Positions 17,188-25,829 of a stretch of 32,000 nt of DNA are shown here, in pieces. A program made the translations under genes and the position numbers. Positions within the stretch are counted from its first letter, which is position 1, and each line of letters opens with the position of its first letter. The DNA comes from Cupriavidus necator (GTDB lineage Bacteria; Pseudomonadota; Gammaproteobacteria; Burkholderiales; Burkholderiaceae). The stretch spans positions 690,001-722,000 of the forward strand of contig NZ_CP066019.1 in assembly GCF_016127575.1 (NCBI RefSeq), in the 5' to 3' direction. The notes under the pieces were generated by a model that was given only the letters and a program-made list of their open reading frames with translations, searched no databases and was not told the origin of the DNA.

Positions 17188-18900
17188 ATGAAGCCTGCTA
17201 CAAGTACCCGCGAGCCGTTCCGCTCCCCCGCCTGGCCGCCCGGCCTGCCGGCCACGCTGCATACGCCTCGCACCAGCCTGTTTTATAACGTCGAGGCGGC
17301 GGCGCACCGCTATCCGGACAAGACCGCGATCCAGTATTTCGGCACCGCGATTTCCTACGGCCAGCTGCAGGACGAGATCGAACGGATGGCCGGCTACCTG
17401 CAGCAGGCCTGCGGCATCGAGCCGGGCGACCGGGTGCTGCTGTTCAGCCAGAACTGCCCGCAGTTCATCATTGCCTACTACGCGATCCTGCGCGCCGAAG
17501 GCGTGGTGGTCCCGGCCAACCCGATGTGGCTGGAGGCCGAACTTGCCCATGTGGTGCAGGACAGCGGCGCGGTCGCCGCCTTTGCCGGCAGCGAGCTGTA
17601 CCAGCGCGTGGCGCCGCTGCACGGCCCGGCGCTGCGCCATGTGATCCTGCACGACTATGCCGGCATGCTGCGCGACGACGGCGGCCTGGCCGTGCCGGCC
17701 TGGCTGCGCGAAGCGCCGCCCGCGCCGCAGGCTGCGCCGTCCGGCGCCATGCCGGTGGCCTGGGACGCGGCCAGCGCCGCCGGGTACCGGCCGCTGCCGC
17801 ACCAGGCCGGCTACGACACGCTGTGCATGCTGGCCTATACCTCCGGCACCACCGGCCATCCCAAGGGCTGCATGCATAGCCACGGCACGCTGATGACCGC
17901 GGCGGCCGGTGCGGTGATCTGGCGCGGCGCCACACCCGAATCCGTGGTGCTGGCCGTGGCGCCGATGTTCCACCTGCTGGGCATGCAGAACTGCATGAAC
18001 TCGCCGCTCTACCTGGGCGCCACCGTGGTGCTGATGCCGCGCTGGGACCGCGCGCTGGCCGCGGACCTGCTCGAGCGCCACCGCGTCTCGGTCTGGGGGG
18101 CGCCGCCGGCGATGATGGTGGACTTCTTCTCGCAGCCGGGAATCGACGCGCGCGACCTGTCGAGCCTGGCCTACGTCGGCGGCGGCGGCGCGGCCATGCC
18201 CGAAGCGGTGGCCAATATGCTGCAGGAACGCTTCGGCCTGCCCTACGTCGAGGCCTACGGCATGACCGAGACCGCGGCCTTCATCCTGTCCAACCCGCGC
18301 AACCAGCCCAAGCGCGAATGCCTGGGCATCGCCACCTTCGGCGTGGACGCACGCGTGGTCGATCCCGAGACGCTGCAGGAACTGCCTTGCGGCGAGACCG
18401 GCGAGATCGTGGTCCACGGCGGCCAGGTGATGCTGGGCTACTGGAACAACCCGGAAGCCAACGCGGCCACCTTCATCGAGCTTGGCGGCAAGCGCTTCCT
18501 GCGCACCGGCGACCTCGGCTTCATGGACGAGCAAGGCTACTTCTTCATGCGCGACCGCCTCAAGCGCATGATCAACGCGTCCGGCTACAAGGTCTGGCCG
18601 GCCGAGGTGGAGAACCTGCTGTACGGGCACCCGGCCATCCACGAAGCCTGCGTGATCGCCGCCCGCGACCAGCGCCGCGGCGAGACCGTCAAGGCCGTGG
18701 TGGCGCTGCGCCCGGAAGCACGCGGCACGGCCGACGCCGACCCCGAACGCATCATGGCCTGGTGCCGCGAGCATATGGCCGCGTACAAGGTGCCGCGCAT
18801 CGTCGACGTGGTCGATGCGTTGCCCAAGTCGGCCACCGGCAAGATCCTGTGGCGCGCCCTGCAGGAGCGCGAGATGCAGGCGGACCACCCGAGCGCCTGA
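17188..18900 (+). CDS. AMP-dependent acyl-CoA synthetase / long-chain-fatty-acid-CoA ligase family (570 aa)
   Basis: AMP-binding motif YTSGTTGHPKGC, plus YGMTE, TGDLG and the C-terminal KVPRIVDVVDALPKSATGKILWR. The start is ambiguous: ATG 17188 or in-frame TTG 17179. Confidence 0.9.
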   Translation: MKPATSTREPFRSPAWPPGLPATLHTPRTSLFYNVEAAAHRYPDKTAIQYFGTAISYGQLQDEIERMAGYLQQACGIEPGDRVLLFSQNCPQFIIAYYAILRAEGVVVPANPMWLEAELAHVVQDSGAVAAFAGSELYQRVAPLHGPALRHVILHDYAGMLRDDGGLAVPAWLREAPPAPQAAPSGAMPVAWDAASAAGYRPLPHQAGYDTLCMLAYTSGTTGHPKGCMHSHGTLMTAAAGAVIWRGATPESVVLAVAPMFHLLGMQNCMNSPLYLGATVVLMPRWDRALAADLLERHRVSVWGAPPAMMVDFFSQPGIDARDLSSLAYVGGGGAAMPEAVANMLQERFGLPYVEAYGMTETAAFILSNPRNQPKRECLGIATFGVDARVVDPETLQELPCGETGEIVVHGGQVMLGYWNNPEANAATFIELGGKRFLRTGDLGFMDEQGYFFMRDRLKRMINASGYKVWPAEVENLLYGHPAIHEACVIAARDQRRGETVKAVVALRPEARGTADADPERIMAWCREHMAAYKVPRIVDVVDALPKSATGKILWRALQEREMQADHPSA

Positions 18901-18934
18901 CACCAGCGGCGAATTCAGCAAAGAGAGAGACAGC

Positions 18935-19918
18935 ATGCAGCAAAGCAGACGCAACTGGCTGGCACAGGCCGGCACCCTGGCCGGCGCGGCCATCCTCGGC
19001 GGCGCGGGCAGCGCCTTCGCGCAGCAATCGTATCCGAGCAAGCCGATCCGCATGATCGTGCCGTACCCGGCCGGCGGCGGCACCGACACCGTGGGCCGCC
19101 TGATCGGCCAGCGCCTGGCCGAAAGCCTGGGCCAGCCGGTGGTGGTCGAAAACAAGCCCGGCGCCAGCGGCATGCTGGGCAACGACACCGTCGCCAAGGC
19201 GCCGGCCGACGGCTACACCATCCTGCTGGCGATCACGGCCCTGATCCAGGCGCCGGCCCTGTACAAGCGCACGCCATACGACGTGGCCAGGGACTTCACG
19301 CCGGTCTCGCAGATCGCCAAGTCGTCCGACCTGTTCGTGGTGCCCAACCGCGTGCCCGCCAGCAATATGCGCGAGTTCCTGGCGCTGGCCAAGGCGGGCA
19401 AGCTCAGCTATGGCTCCTACGGCAACGGCACCTCGTCGCACCTGCACGGCGAGCTGCTCAAGCAGCAGGCAGGCATCGAGCTCGCGCATATCCCTTACAA
19501 GGGGGCGGCGCCGCTGATGAGCGACCTGCTCGGCGGCCAGGTGGACAGCGCCTTTGTCGACGTGACCTCGGCCAACGCCTACCTGGGCAGCAACAAGTTC
19601 AAGATCCTCGGCATCACCGGCACCCAGCGCTACAAGGCGCTGCCCAATGTGGCGACCTTCACTGAACTGGGCCTGCCGGGGTTCGAGCCCAACGGCTGGT
19701 ACGGGCTGTTCCTGCCGGCCAATGCGCCCAAGGATGTGACGGCGAAGCTGGCGGCAGAGACCGCGCGCATCGTGCGCCTGCCCGAAGTGACGCAGAAGCT
19801 GGCCGGCATGGGCCTGCAGCCGGTCGGGTCCACGCCGCAGGAACTGGCGGCCGTGGTCGCCGGCGACACACCCAAGTGGGCCAGGATCGTGCGCGACGCC
19901 AATATCCAGCTCGACTGA
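18935..19918 (+). CDS. Bug family (TctC-like) substrate-binding protein (327 aa)
   Basis: ATG 18935 follows AGAGAGAGA. Tat-like signal MQQSRRNWLAQAGTLAGAAILGGAGSAFA-QQ. Family motif RMIVPYPAGGGTDTVGR...NKPGASG. Confidence 0.9.
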   Translation: MQQSRRNWLAQAGTLAGAAILGGAGSAFAQQSYPSKPIRMIVPYPAGGGTDTVGRLIGQRLAESLGQPVVVENKPGASGMLGNDTVAKAPADGYTILLAITALIQAPALYKRTPYDVARDFTPVSQIAKSSDLFVVPNRVPASNMREFLALAKAGKLSYGSYGNGTSSHLHGELLKQQAGIELAHIPYKGAAPLMSDLLGGQVDSAFVDVTSANAYLGSNKFKILGITGTQRYKALPNVATFTELGLPGFEPNGWYGLFLPANAPKDVTAKLAAETARIVRLPEVTQKLAGMGLQPVGSTPQELAAVVAGDTPKWARIVRDANIQLD

Positions 19919-19941
19919 AACCCGCCTCCCGGAGCCTACCG

Positions 19942-20721
19942 ATGGAAACCATCCGCTTCGCCGTCGAGGACGGCATCGCCACGCTGACGCTGGACTCGCC
20001 GGCGCGCAAGAACGCGCTGTCCTTGCCGATGCGCGACGAGATCGGCGAAGTGATTCGCCGGGTACGCGCCGACGACAGCGTGCGCGCGCTGATCCTGACC
20101 GCCGCCGGCACCGATTTCTCGTCGGGCGGCGACATCAGCTCGATGCAGGTCGAGATCAATGCCGAGCAGGGCCGCAAGCGCCTGCACAAGGTGCACGGCT
20201 GGCTGGAAGACCTGATCCAGCTCGACGTGCCGGTCATCGCCGCGGTGGACGGCGCGGCCTATGGCGCGGGCTTCAGCCTGGCGCTGACGGCCGACATCAT
20301 CCTGGCCACGCCGCGCGCGCGCTTCGGGCTCCCGTTCCTGCGCATGGGGCTGGTCCCCGACTGTGGCGTGTTCTACACGCTGCCGCGGATGATCGGCCTG
20401 CAGCGGGCCAAGGCGCTGATGTTCTCGATGCGCGAGCTGAACGCCCAGGCCGCGCAAGACCTTGGCATCGTCATGGAAATCGTGCCGGCGGACAGCCTGC
20501 AGGAACGTGCGCGGACGCTGGCGCAGGCCTTCACCGAGGCCTCGCCGGTGGCGGTGGGCCTGACCAAGCAGGCGCTGAACGCCTCGCTGAACCAGGACCT
20601 GCACACCATGCTGGCGATGGAAGCGGACGGGCAGGGCATTGCCTTCTCCACTGCCTATCGCCGCGAGGCTGCCGACCGCTTCATGGCCAAGCAGCCGCTG
20701 CGCTACCGCTGGCCGGACTGA
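19942..20721 (+). CDS. Enoyl-CoA hydratase/isomerase (crotonase) family protein (259 aa)
   Basis: ATG 19942 follows GGAG (19931-19934). Crotonase core: TLDSPARKNALS...FSSGGDI...AAVDGAAYGAGFSLALTADIILATPRARFGLPFLRMGLVPDCG. Confidence 0.9.
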   Translation: METIRFAVEDGIATLTLDSPARKNALSLPMRDEIGEVIRRVRADDSVRALILTAAGTDFSSGGDISSMQVEINAEQGRKRLHKVHGWLEDLIQLDVPVIAAVDGAAYGAGFSLALTADIILATPRARFGLPFLRMGLVPDCGVFYTLPRMIGLQRAKALMFSMRELNAQAAQDLGIVMEIVPADSLQERARTLAQAFTEASPVAVGLTKQALNASLNQDLHTMLAMEADGQGIAFSTAYRREAADRFMAKQPLRYRWPD

Positions 20722-20785
20722 GCGGCGGCGCCGGTCATGCTGCTCCGCAGCATCCGGCTGCCTCGCCAGTCTGTCGTTTACGTAT

Positions 20786-20836
20786 ACAGGCGGGTGCTGG
20801 CCGGACAGTACCGGTCGCCTGTTCATTTTCTCGTTT
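20786..20836 (+). terminator. Candidate intrinsic terminator or attenuator between the hydratase and dehydrogenase genes
   Basis: ACAGGCG (20786-20792) pairs with CGCCTGT (20816-20822) around an internally pairing CCGG...CCGG loop. A TCATTTTCTCGTTT tract follows directly. Confidence 0.3.
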
Positions 20837-20857
20837 ACCCTGATACCAGCACACCAT

Positions 20858-22045
20858 ATGGGATCCCACGACCAGCACACGGCGCCCGCCGTACGCCAGA
20901 CCCCCTGGATGACCGAAGACCTGGGGATGTTCCAGGAAACCGTGCGCCGCTTCATCGAGCGCGAACTGGCGCCCAACGAGGCCCGCTGGGCCGACCAGGG
21001 CTATATCGACCGCGAGGTCTGGCGCCGCGCCGGCCAGATCGGGCTGCTGTGCGCCAGCATCCCCGAGGAATACGGCGGCGGTGGCGGCACCTTTGCCCAC
21101 GAGGCCGTCATCACCCAGGAAATGTCGCGCGCCGTCTGCACCAGCCTTGGCAATAATGTGCACAGCGGCATCGTGGCACATTACCTGCTCAACTACGGCA
21201 CGGAAGCGCAGAAGAAGAAATGGCTGCCGCAAATGGCCAGCGGCGAAATGGTGGCGGCCATTGCCATGTCGGAACCTGGCGCCGGTTCCGACCTCAAAGC
21301 GATACGCACCCGCGCGGTGCGCGAACAGACCGAAAACGGAGACTGCTATCGCATAAACGGTGCAAAGACCTTCATCACGAACGGGTATCACGCCGACCTG
21401 GTCTGCGTGGTGGCCAAGACCGATCCGGAAGCCGGTTCGCGCGGCGTGTCGCTGGTCATGGTGGAGACGCGCGACCTGCCGGGTTTCCGTCGTGGCCGCA
21501 TTCTCGAGAAGATCGGGCAGAAAGGGCAAGACACCGCCGAGCTCTTCTTCGACGACGTGCTGGTGCCGTGCGACAACCTGCTGGGCACGCAGGAAGGTCA
21601 GGGTTTCTACCAGCTTATGCAGCAGCTGCCGCAAGAGCGCATGATCATTGCGCTCGGGGCCGTGGCGACCATGCAGCGCGCCATCGAGCTGACCACCGAA
21701 TACGTGCGCGAGCGCAAGGTGTTTGGCCAGCCGCTGGCCGATCTGCAGAACACGCGCTTCAAGCTGGCGGAGTGCAAGACGGTCGCCACCATTGCCGCGA
21801 CCTTCGTCGACGATTGCATGCTGCGCCTGATGGACGGCAAGCTCGACGCTGCCACGGCCGCCATGGCCAAGTGGTGGTGCACGCAGCAGAACTGCCAGGT
21901 CATCGACGAGTGCCTGCAGTTGCACGGCGGCTACGGCTACATGCTTGAATACCCGATCGCGCGTATGTATGCGAATGCACGCGTGAGCAAGATCTTCGGC
22001 GGCTCCAACGAGATCATGAAGGAGCTGGTCGCGCGCACGCTTTGA
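20858..22045 (+). CDS. Acyl-CoA dehydrogenase, LCAD/IVD-like (395 aa; alternative start 20909)
   Basis: The C-terminal half (QLPQERMIIALGAVA...FGQPLADLQNTRFKLAE...AAMAKWWCTQ...CLQLHGGYGYMLEYPIARMYANARVSKIFGGSNEIMKELVAR) closely parallels long-chain acyl-CoA dehydrogenases. Glu is in the PQER helix-G position and Gly replaces the YEGT glutamate. Confidence 0.9.
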   Translation: MGSHDQHTAPAVRQTPWMTEDLGMFQETVRRFIERELAPNEARWADQGYIDREVWRRAGQIGLLCASIPEEYGGGGGTFAHEAVITQEMSRAVCTSLGNNVHSGIVAHYLLNYGTEAQKKKWLPQMASGEMVAAIAMSEPGAGSDLKAIRTRAVREQTENGDCYRINGAKTFITNGYHADLVCVVAKTDPEAGSRGVSLVMVETRDLPGFRRGRILEKIGQKGQDTAELFFDDVLVPCDNLLGTQEGQGFYQLMQQLPQERMIIALGAVATMQRAIELTTEYVRERKVFGQPLADLQNTRFKLAECKTVATIAATFVDDCMLRLMDGKLDAATAAMAKWWCTQQNCQVIDECLQLHGGYGYMLEYPIARMYANARVSKIFGGSNEIMKELVARTL

Positions 22046-22093
22046 CGCGCCTGCTATCAGCAGTGTGCGCGTGCTAGTGCGCGCAAACGCGTA

Positions 22094-22138
22094 AGAAAAT
22101 GCGGAAAAACGAAAGCCGACACCAGTGCCGGCCTTCGT
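22094..22138 (-). terminator. Intrinsic terminator oriented for minus-strand transcription, with no annotated minus-strand gene upstream
   Basis: The minus strand reads ACGAAGGCCGGC-ACTGGT-GTCGGCTTTCGT followed by TTTTCCGCATTTTCTT. That is a 12-bp stem with two G-U pairs and a 6-nt loop. On the plus strand the G-U pairs become A-C mismatches and no U tract follows. Confidence 0.45.
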
Positions 22139-22298
22139 GCGTATGGTTACAAAACCGGATGTGCACGGATGGCGGGAAAGGTGTAAGGTGTTTCACAAGC
22201 ATGGTCAATGGCCCGTCGCGTGCGGGGGCAAGGTCCGAGCGGAATGCAGCCAAAAGCTGAAGCGAATTCATGCAGAAAATGCAGCAACGAAACAGTCG

Positions 22299-22312
22299 TT
22301 GCATCGATGCAA
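22299..22312. promoter_or_regulatory. Perfect 14-bp palindrome TTGCATCGATGCAA, candidate dimeric regulator site
   Basis: Read directly from the sequence. Immediately upstream, GCAACG (22285-22290) pairs with CGTTGC (22297-22302). Confidence 0.3.
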
Positions 22313-22471
22313 GATTTGTCAACTCGGATTCCACCATCGCCGTTATTTGACTATGATGAAGTAAAGACTTCGCAACATGACAGGTCGCCAGGCCGGGGTG
22401 GTGTGCCGCGAACGTTGCGCGAAGCCTTAGGGGTAGCACGCCTCGGACGTGAACTCTGACGGGAGTGAGGT

Positions 22472-24394
22472 ATGGACATTTTTGGCCATTACGCTACGCG
22501 CTTCGAAGCTCGCAAGGAAGAGGAATACAGCATCCAGGAGTACCTGGAGATCTGCAAGAAGGATCCGACTGCCTACGCGACTGCTGCAGAGCGCATGCTT
22601 GCCGCCATCGGCCAGCCTGAGCTGGTGGATACCCACCATGACCCCAGGCTGTCCCGCCTGTTCTTCAACAAGGTCATCCGCATCTATCCGGCCTTCCGCG
22701 ACTTCTATGGCATGGAGGACACGATCGAACAGATCGTCTCGTTCTTCAAGCACGCGGCGCAGGGCCTGGAAGAGCGCAAGCAGATCCTCTACCTGCTCGG
22801 GCCTCCGGGTGGTGGCAAGTCCTCGCTCGCTGAAAAGCTCAAGGCGCTGATGGAGGAGATCCCCATCTACGCGCTCAAGGGTTCGCCGATCCATGAGTCG
22901 CCGCTGGGGCTGTTCGCGCCAGAGGAGGACGGCAAGATCCTGGAAGAGGACTACGGCATTCCGGTCCGGTATCTGAACACCATTGCCTCGCCATGGGCGG
23001 TCAAGCGCCTGCACGAGTTCAACGGCGATATCACCAGGTTCCGGGTGGTCAAGCTGCGCCCTTCGGTGCTGTCGCAGATTGCGATCTCGAAGACCGAGCC
23101 TGGCGACGAAAACAACCAGGATATTTCCTCGCTGGTCGGCAAGGTCGACATCCGCAAGCTGGAAGATTTTCCGCAGGACGATCCGGACGCGTACTCCTAT
23201 TCCGGCGGGCTCTGCCTGGCCAACCGCGGCCTGCTCGAGTTCGTTGAAATGTTCAAGGCGCCGATCAAGGTCCTGCACCCGCTGCTGACGGCAACACAGG
23301 AAGGCAACTACAAGGGCACCGAAGGCTTCGGCGCGATCCCGTTCGACGGCATCATCCTGGCGCACTCGAACGAGGCCGAGTGGACGACCTTCAAGTCGGA
23401 CAAGAACAACGAGGCTTTCCTGGACCGGATCTATATCGTCAAGGTGCCGTACGTGCTTCGCGTGTCCGACGAGGTGAAGATCTACGACAAGCTCTTGCGC
23501 AGCAGTTCGCTGTCGGCCGCGCCGTGCGCGCCCAACACGCTGAAGATGATGGCGCAGTTCGCGGTGCTTACGCGCATCAAGGAGCCCGAGAACTCCAATG
23601 TCTTCTCGAAGATGCGCGTCTATGACGGCGAAAGCCTGAAGGACGTGGATCCGAAAGCGAAGTCGTACCAGGAATACCGCGACTACGCCGGCATCGACGA
23701 AGGCATGAACGGGCTGTCGACGCGCTTTGCGTTCAAGGTTCTGTCCAAGGTCTTCAACTTCGACAACACCGAAGTGGCGGCCAACCCGGTGCACCTGCTG
23801 TACGTGCTCGAACAGCAGATCGAGCGCGAGCAGTTCCCGCCGGAGCAGGAAGCCAAGCTGCTGTCGTACATCAAGGAGTACCTGACCACTCCGTTCGTGG
23901 AGTTCATCGGCAAGGAGATCCAGACCGCCTACCTGGAGTCGTATTCGGAGTATGGGCAGAACATCTTCGACCGCTATGTGGTGTTCGCCGACCTGTGGAT
24001 CCAGGACCAGGAGTACCGCGATCCCAATACCGGCGAGATCCTCGACCGCAACGCGCTGAACGACGAGCTTGAGAAAGTGGAAAAGCCCGCGGGTATCTCG
24101 AACCCGAAGGACTTCCGCAACGAGATCGTCAACTTCGTGCTGCGGGCGCGGGCCAACAACAGTGGCAAGAATCCGGTCTGGACCAGCTATGAAAAGCTGC
24201 GGATGGTGATCGAGAAGCGCATGTTCTCCACCACGGAGGACCTGCTGCCGGTGATCTCGTTCAATGCCAAGTCTTCGCGCGAAGACCAGGATAAGCACGA
24301 GAACTTCGTCAACCGCATGGTCGAGAAGGGGTACACGCCCAAGCAAGTGAGACTTCTGGTGGAGTGGTATCTGCGCGTAAGAAAGTCATCGTAA
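22472..24394 (+). CDS. prkA: PrkA family serine protein kinase / AAA+ protein (YeaG homologue, 640 aa)
   Basis: The N-terminus MDIFGHYATRFEARKEEEYSIQEYLEICKKDP..., Walker A LLGPPGGGKSSLAEKLK (GPPGGGKS at 22799-22822), and end-to-end length and motif pattern match YeaG/PrkA. Confidence 0.95.
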   Translation: MDIFGHYATRFEARKEEEYSIQEYLEICKKDPTAYATAAERMLAAIGQPELVDTHHDPRLSRLFFNKVIRIYPAFRDFYGMEDTIEQIVSFFKHAAQGLEERKQILYLLGPPGGGKSSLAEKLKALMEEIPIYALKGSPIHESPLGLFAPEEDGKILEEDYGIPVRYLNTIASPWAVKRLHEFNGDITRFRVVKLRPSVLSQIAISKTEPGDENNQDISSLVGKVDIRKLEDFPQDDPDAYSYSGGLCLANRGLLEFVEMFKAPIKVLHPLLTATQEGNYKGTEGFGAIPFDGIILAHSNEAEWTTFKSDKNNEAFLDRIYIVKVPYVLRVSDEVKIYDKLLRSSSLSAAPCAPNTLKMMAQFAVLTRIKEPENSNVFSKMRVYDGESLKDVDPKAKSYQEYRDYAGIDEGMNGLSTRFAFKVLSKVFNFDNTEVAANPVHLLYVLEQQIEREQFPPEQEAKLLSYIKEYLTTPFVEFIGKEIQTAYLESYSEYGQNIFDRYVVFADLWIQDQEYRDPNTGEILDRNALNDELEKVEKPAGISNPKDFRNEIVNFVLRARANNSGKNPVWTSYEKLRMVIEKRMFSTTEDLLPVISFNAKSSREDQDKHENFVNRMVEKGYTPKQVRLLVEWYLRVRKSS

Positions 24395-24431
24395 CGGCGC
24401 CGCGGAACAGGTCTCTCAACGAGGGCAACAT

Positions 24432-25694
24432 ATGGCTACGGTCATCGATCGGCGCGAGAACGGCGGCAACAAGAGTGCCGTCAACCAGCAACGTTTCATC
24501 AAGCGCTACCGCGAGCAGATCCGGCAAGCGGTGGCAAAGGCGGTGTCCGGCCGGAAGATCATGGACATCGAGCAGAGCGGCCAGGTGTCCATTCCGGTCA
24601 AGGACATCTCCGAACCGATCTTCCACCACGGCCCGGGCGGGCGGCGCGAGTGGATTCACCCTGGCAACAAGAAATTCGTCAAGGGTGATTCCTTCGACCG
24701 CCAGCAGCAGGGCGGTGGCGGGACCGGTTCGCGCGCCAGCGACAGCGGCGAAGGCGAAGACGATTTCGTCTTCACGCTGTCGCGCGAGGATTTCCTGAAC
24801 TTCTTCTTCGAGGACATGGCGCTGCCGGACCTGGCCAAGCGCCACCTCGCCAAGATCGCCGAGGTGCGCAAGGTGCGCGCCGGCTTTTCCATCGACGGCA
24901 CGCCGTCCAACCTGTCGATCCTGCGCACCATGCGCAGTTCGCTGGGGCGGCGCATCGCCTTGTCCAGCCCTTACCAGAAGCGCCTGCGCGAGCTGGAGCT
25001 GGACTACAGCGAGGCGCTGGAAAAGGACGGCCCCTACGCCGAAGGCACGCTCGAGCTGATGGAGAAGATGCGGCACCTGCGTGCCTGCATCGACCGCGTG
25101 CCGTTTATCGAGAAGCTCGACCTGCGCTACAACAACCGCGTGCTGAAGAAGCGCCCCCAGGCCCAGGCGGTGATGTTCTGCCTGATGGACGTGTCCGGCT
25201 CGATGGACGAGAGCCGCAAGGACCTGGCCAAGCGCTTCTTCATGCTGCTGTACCTGTTCCTGAAGCGCAACTACGAGCGCATCGACGTGGTGTTCATTCG
25301 CCATCACACGGTGGCGAAGGAAGTCGATGAGGAAGACTTCTTCCACTCGCGCGAGTCCGGTGGTACCGTGGTATCCAGTGCGCTGAAGCTGATGGTGGAA
25401 GTGATCCACGACCGCTATCCGCCCAGCCAGTGGAATATCTACTGCGCGCAGGCGTCAGACGGCGATAACTGGGCCGGTGATTCCGAGTTGTGCGGACGCC
25501 TGCTGCGCGATTCGATCCTGCCGCTGGTCCAGTACTATGCATATGTTGAAGTCGCATCGGAAGAGCCGCAGAACCTCTGGGAAGAGTATCTGACGGTCAA
25601 GGGACAGTTCGATCACTTTGCGATGCAGCGCATCATCGGTGCGGACGAGATCTACCCGGTGCTGCACGACCTGTTCCAGAAGCGCGCAGCATAG
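24432..25694 (+). CDS. yeaH: YeaH/YhbH family protein (DUF444, 420 aa) with a vWA-like MIDAS motif
   Basis: The N-terminus IDRRENGGNKSAVNQQRFIKRYREQIRQAV is typical of UPF0229/DUF444. DVSGSMD (25188-25208) is a DxSxS MIDAS motif. It starts 37 bp after prkA. Confidence 0.9.
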   Translation: MATVIDRRENGGNKSAVNQQRFIKRYREQIRQAVAKAVSGRKIMDIEQSGQVSIPVKDISEPIFHHGPGGRREWIHPGNKKFVKGDSFDRQQQGGGGTGSRASDSGEGEDDFVFTLSREDFLNFFFEDMALPDLAKRHLAKIAEVRKVRAGFSIDGTPSNLSILRTMRSSLGRRIALSSPYQKRLRELELDYSEALEKDGPYAEGTLELMEKMRHLRACIDRVPFIEKLDLRYNNRVLKKRPQAQAVMFCLMDVSGSMDESRKDLAKRFFMLLYLFLKRNYERIDVVFIRHHTVAKEVDEEDFFHSRESGGTVVSSALKLMVEVIHDRYPPSQWNIYCAQASDGDNWAGDSELCGRLLRDSILPLVQYYAYVEVASEEPQNLWEEYLTVKGQFDHFAMQRIIGADEIYPVLHDLFQKRAA

Positions 25695-25829
25695 GTTGGC
25701 GCCGATCCTGGCCTTCCTCGCGGGGGGCCACAGTGAAGGCAAATGGCGAGGCAACGCGGACCACGCGGCGCGGCGATGCCGTGCGCGCCGGACGGGTCTG
25801 GCGCCTTGCCCGGGCAACAAGGGGCGAAG

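Larger units (their letters stand above)
22046..22471. promoter_or_regulatory. AT-rich leader/promoter region upstream of prkA
   Basis: I count 26 G+C in the 60 bases 22261-22320, against about two-thirds G+C in flanking genes. It contains a 14-bp perfect palindrome, a GCAACG/CGTTGC hairpin, an ATGCAG direct repeat, and RBS GGAGTGAGG before ATG 22472. Confidence 0.5.

Noticed and set aside
22125-22364. 79-aa Cys/His-rich plus-strand ORF (GTG start), and the 83-aa ORF at 22208-22459, in the AT-rich leader
   Set aside because: Neither has an RBS. The GTG start lies inside the terminator hairpin, and both frames overlap palindromic or regulatory-looking sequence. They are more likely non-coding leader, although ribosome profiling would settle this.
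22427-24346. 639-aa antisense ORF mirroring almost the whole prkA gene. Similar long antisense ORFs lie at 2651-4150, 4701-6218, 16996-19197, 25455-27740 and 28306-29715.
   Set aside because: Their translations are low-complexity (R/A/G/H/L/D/V-rich) with no recognisable motifs and no RBS. Each lies opposite a gene with strong family signatures. Long stop-free antisense frames are expected at this GC content and codon bias.
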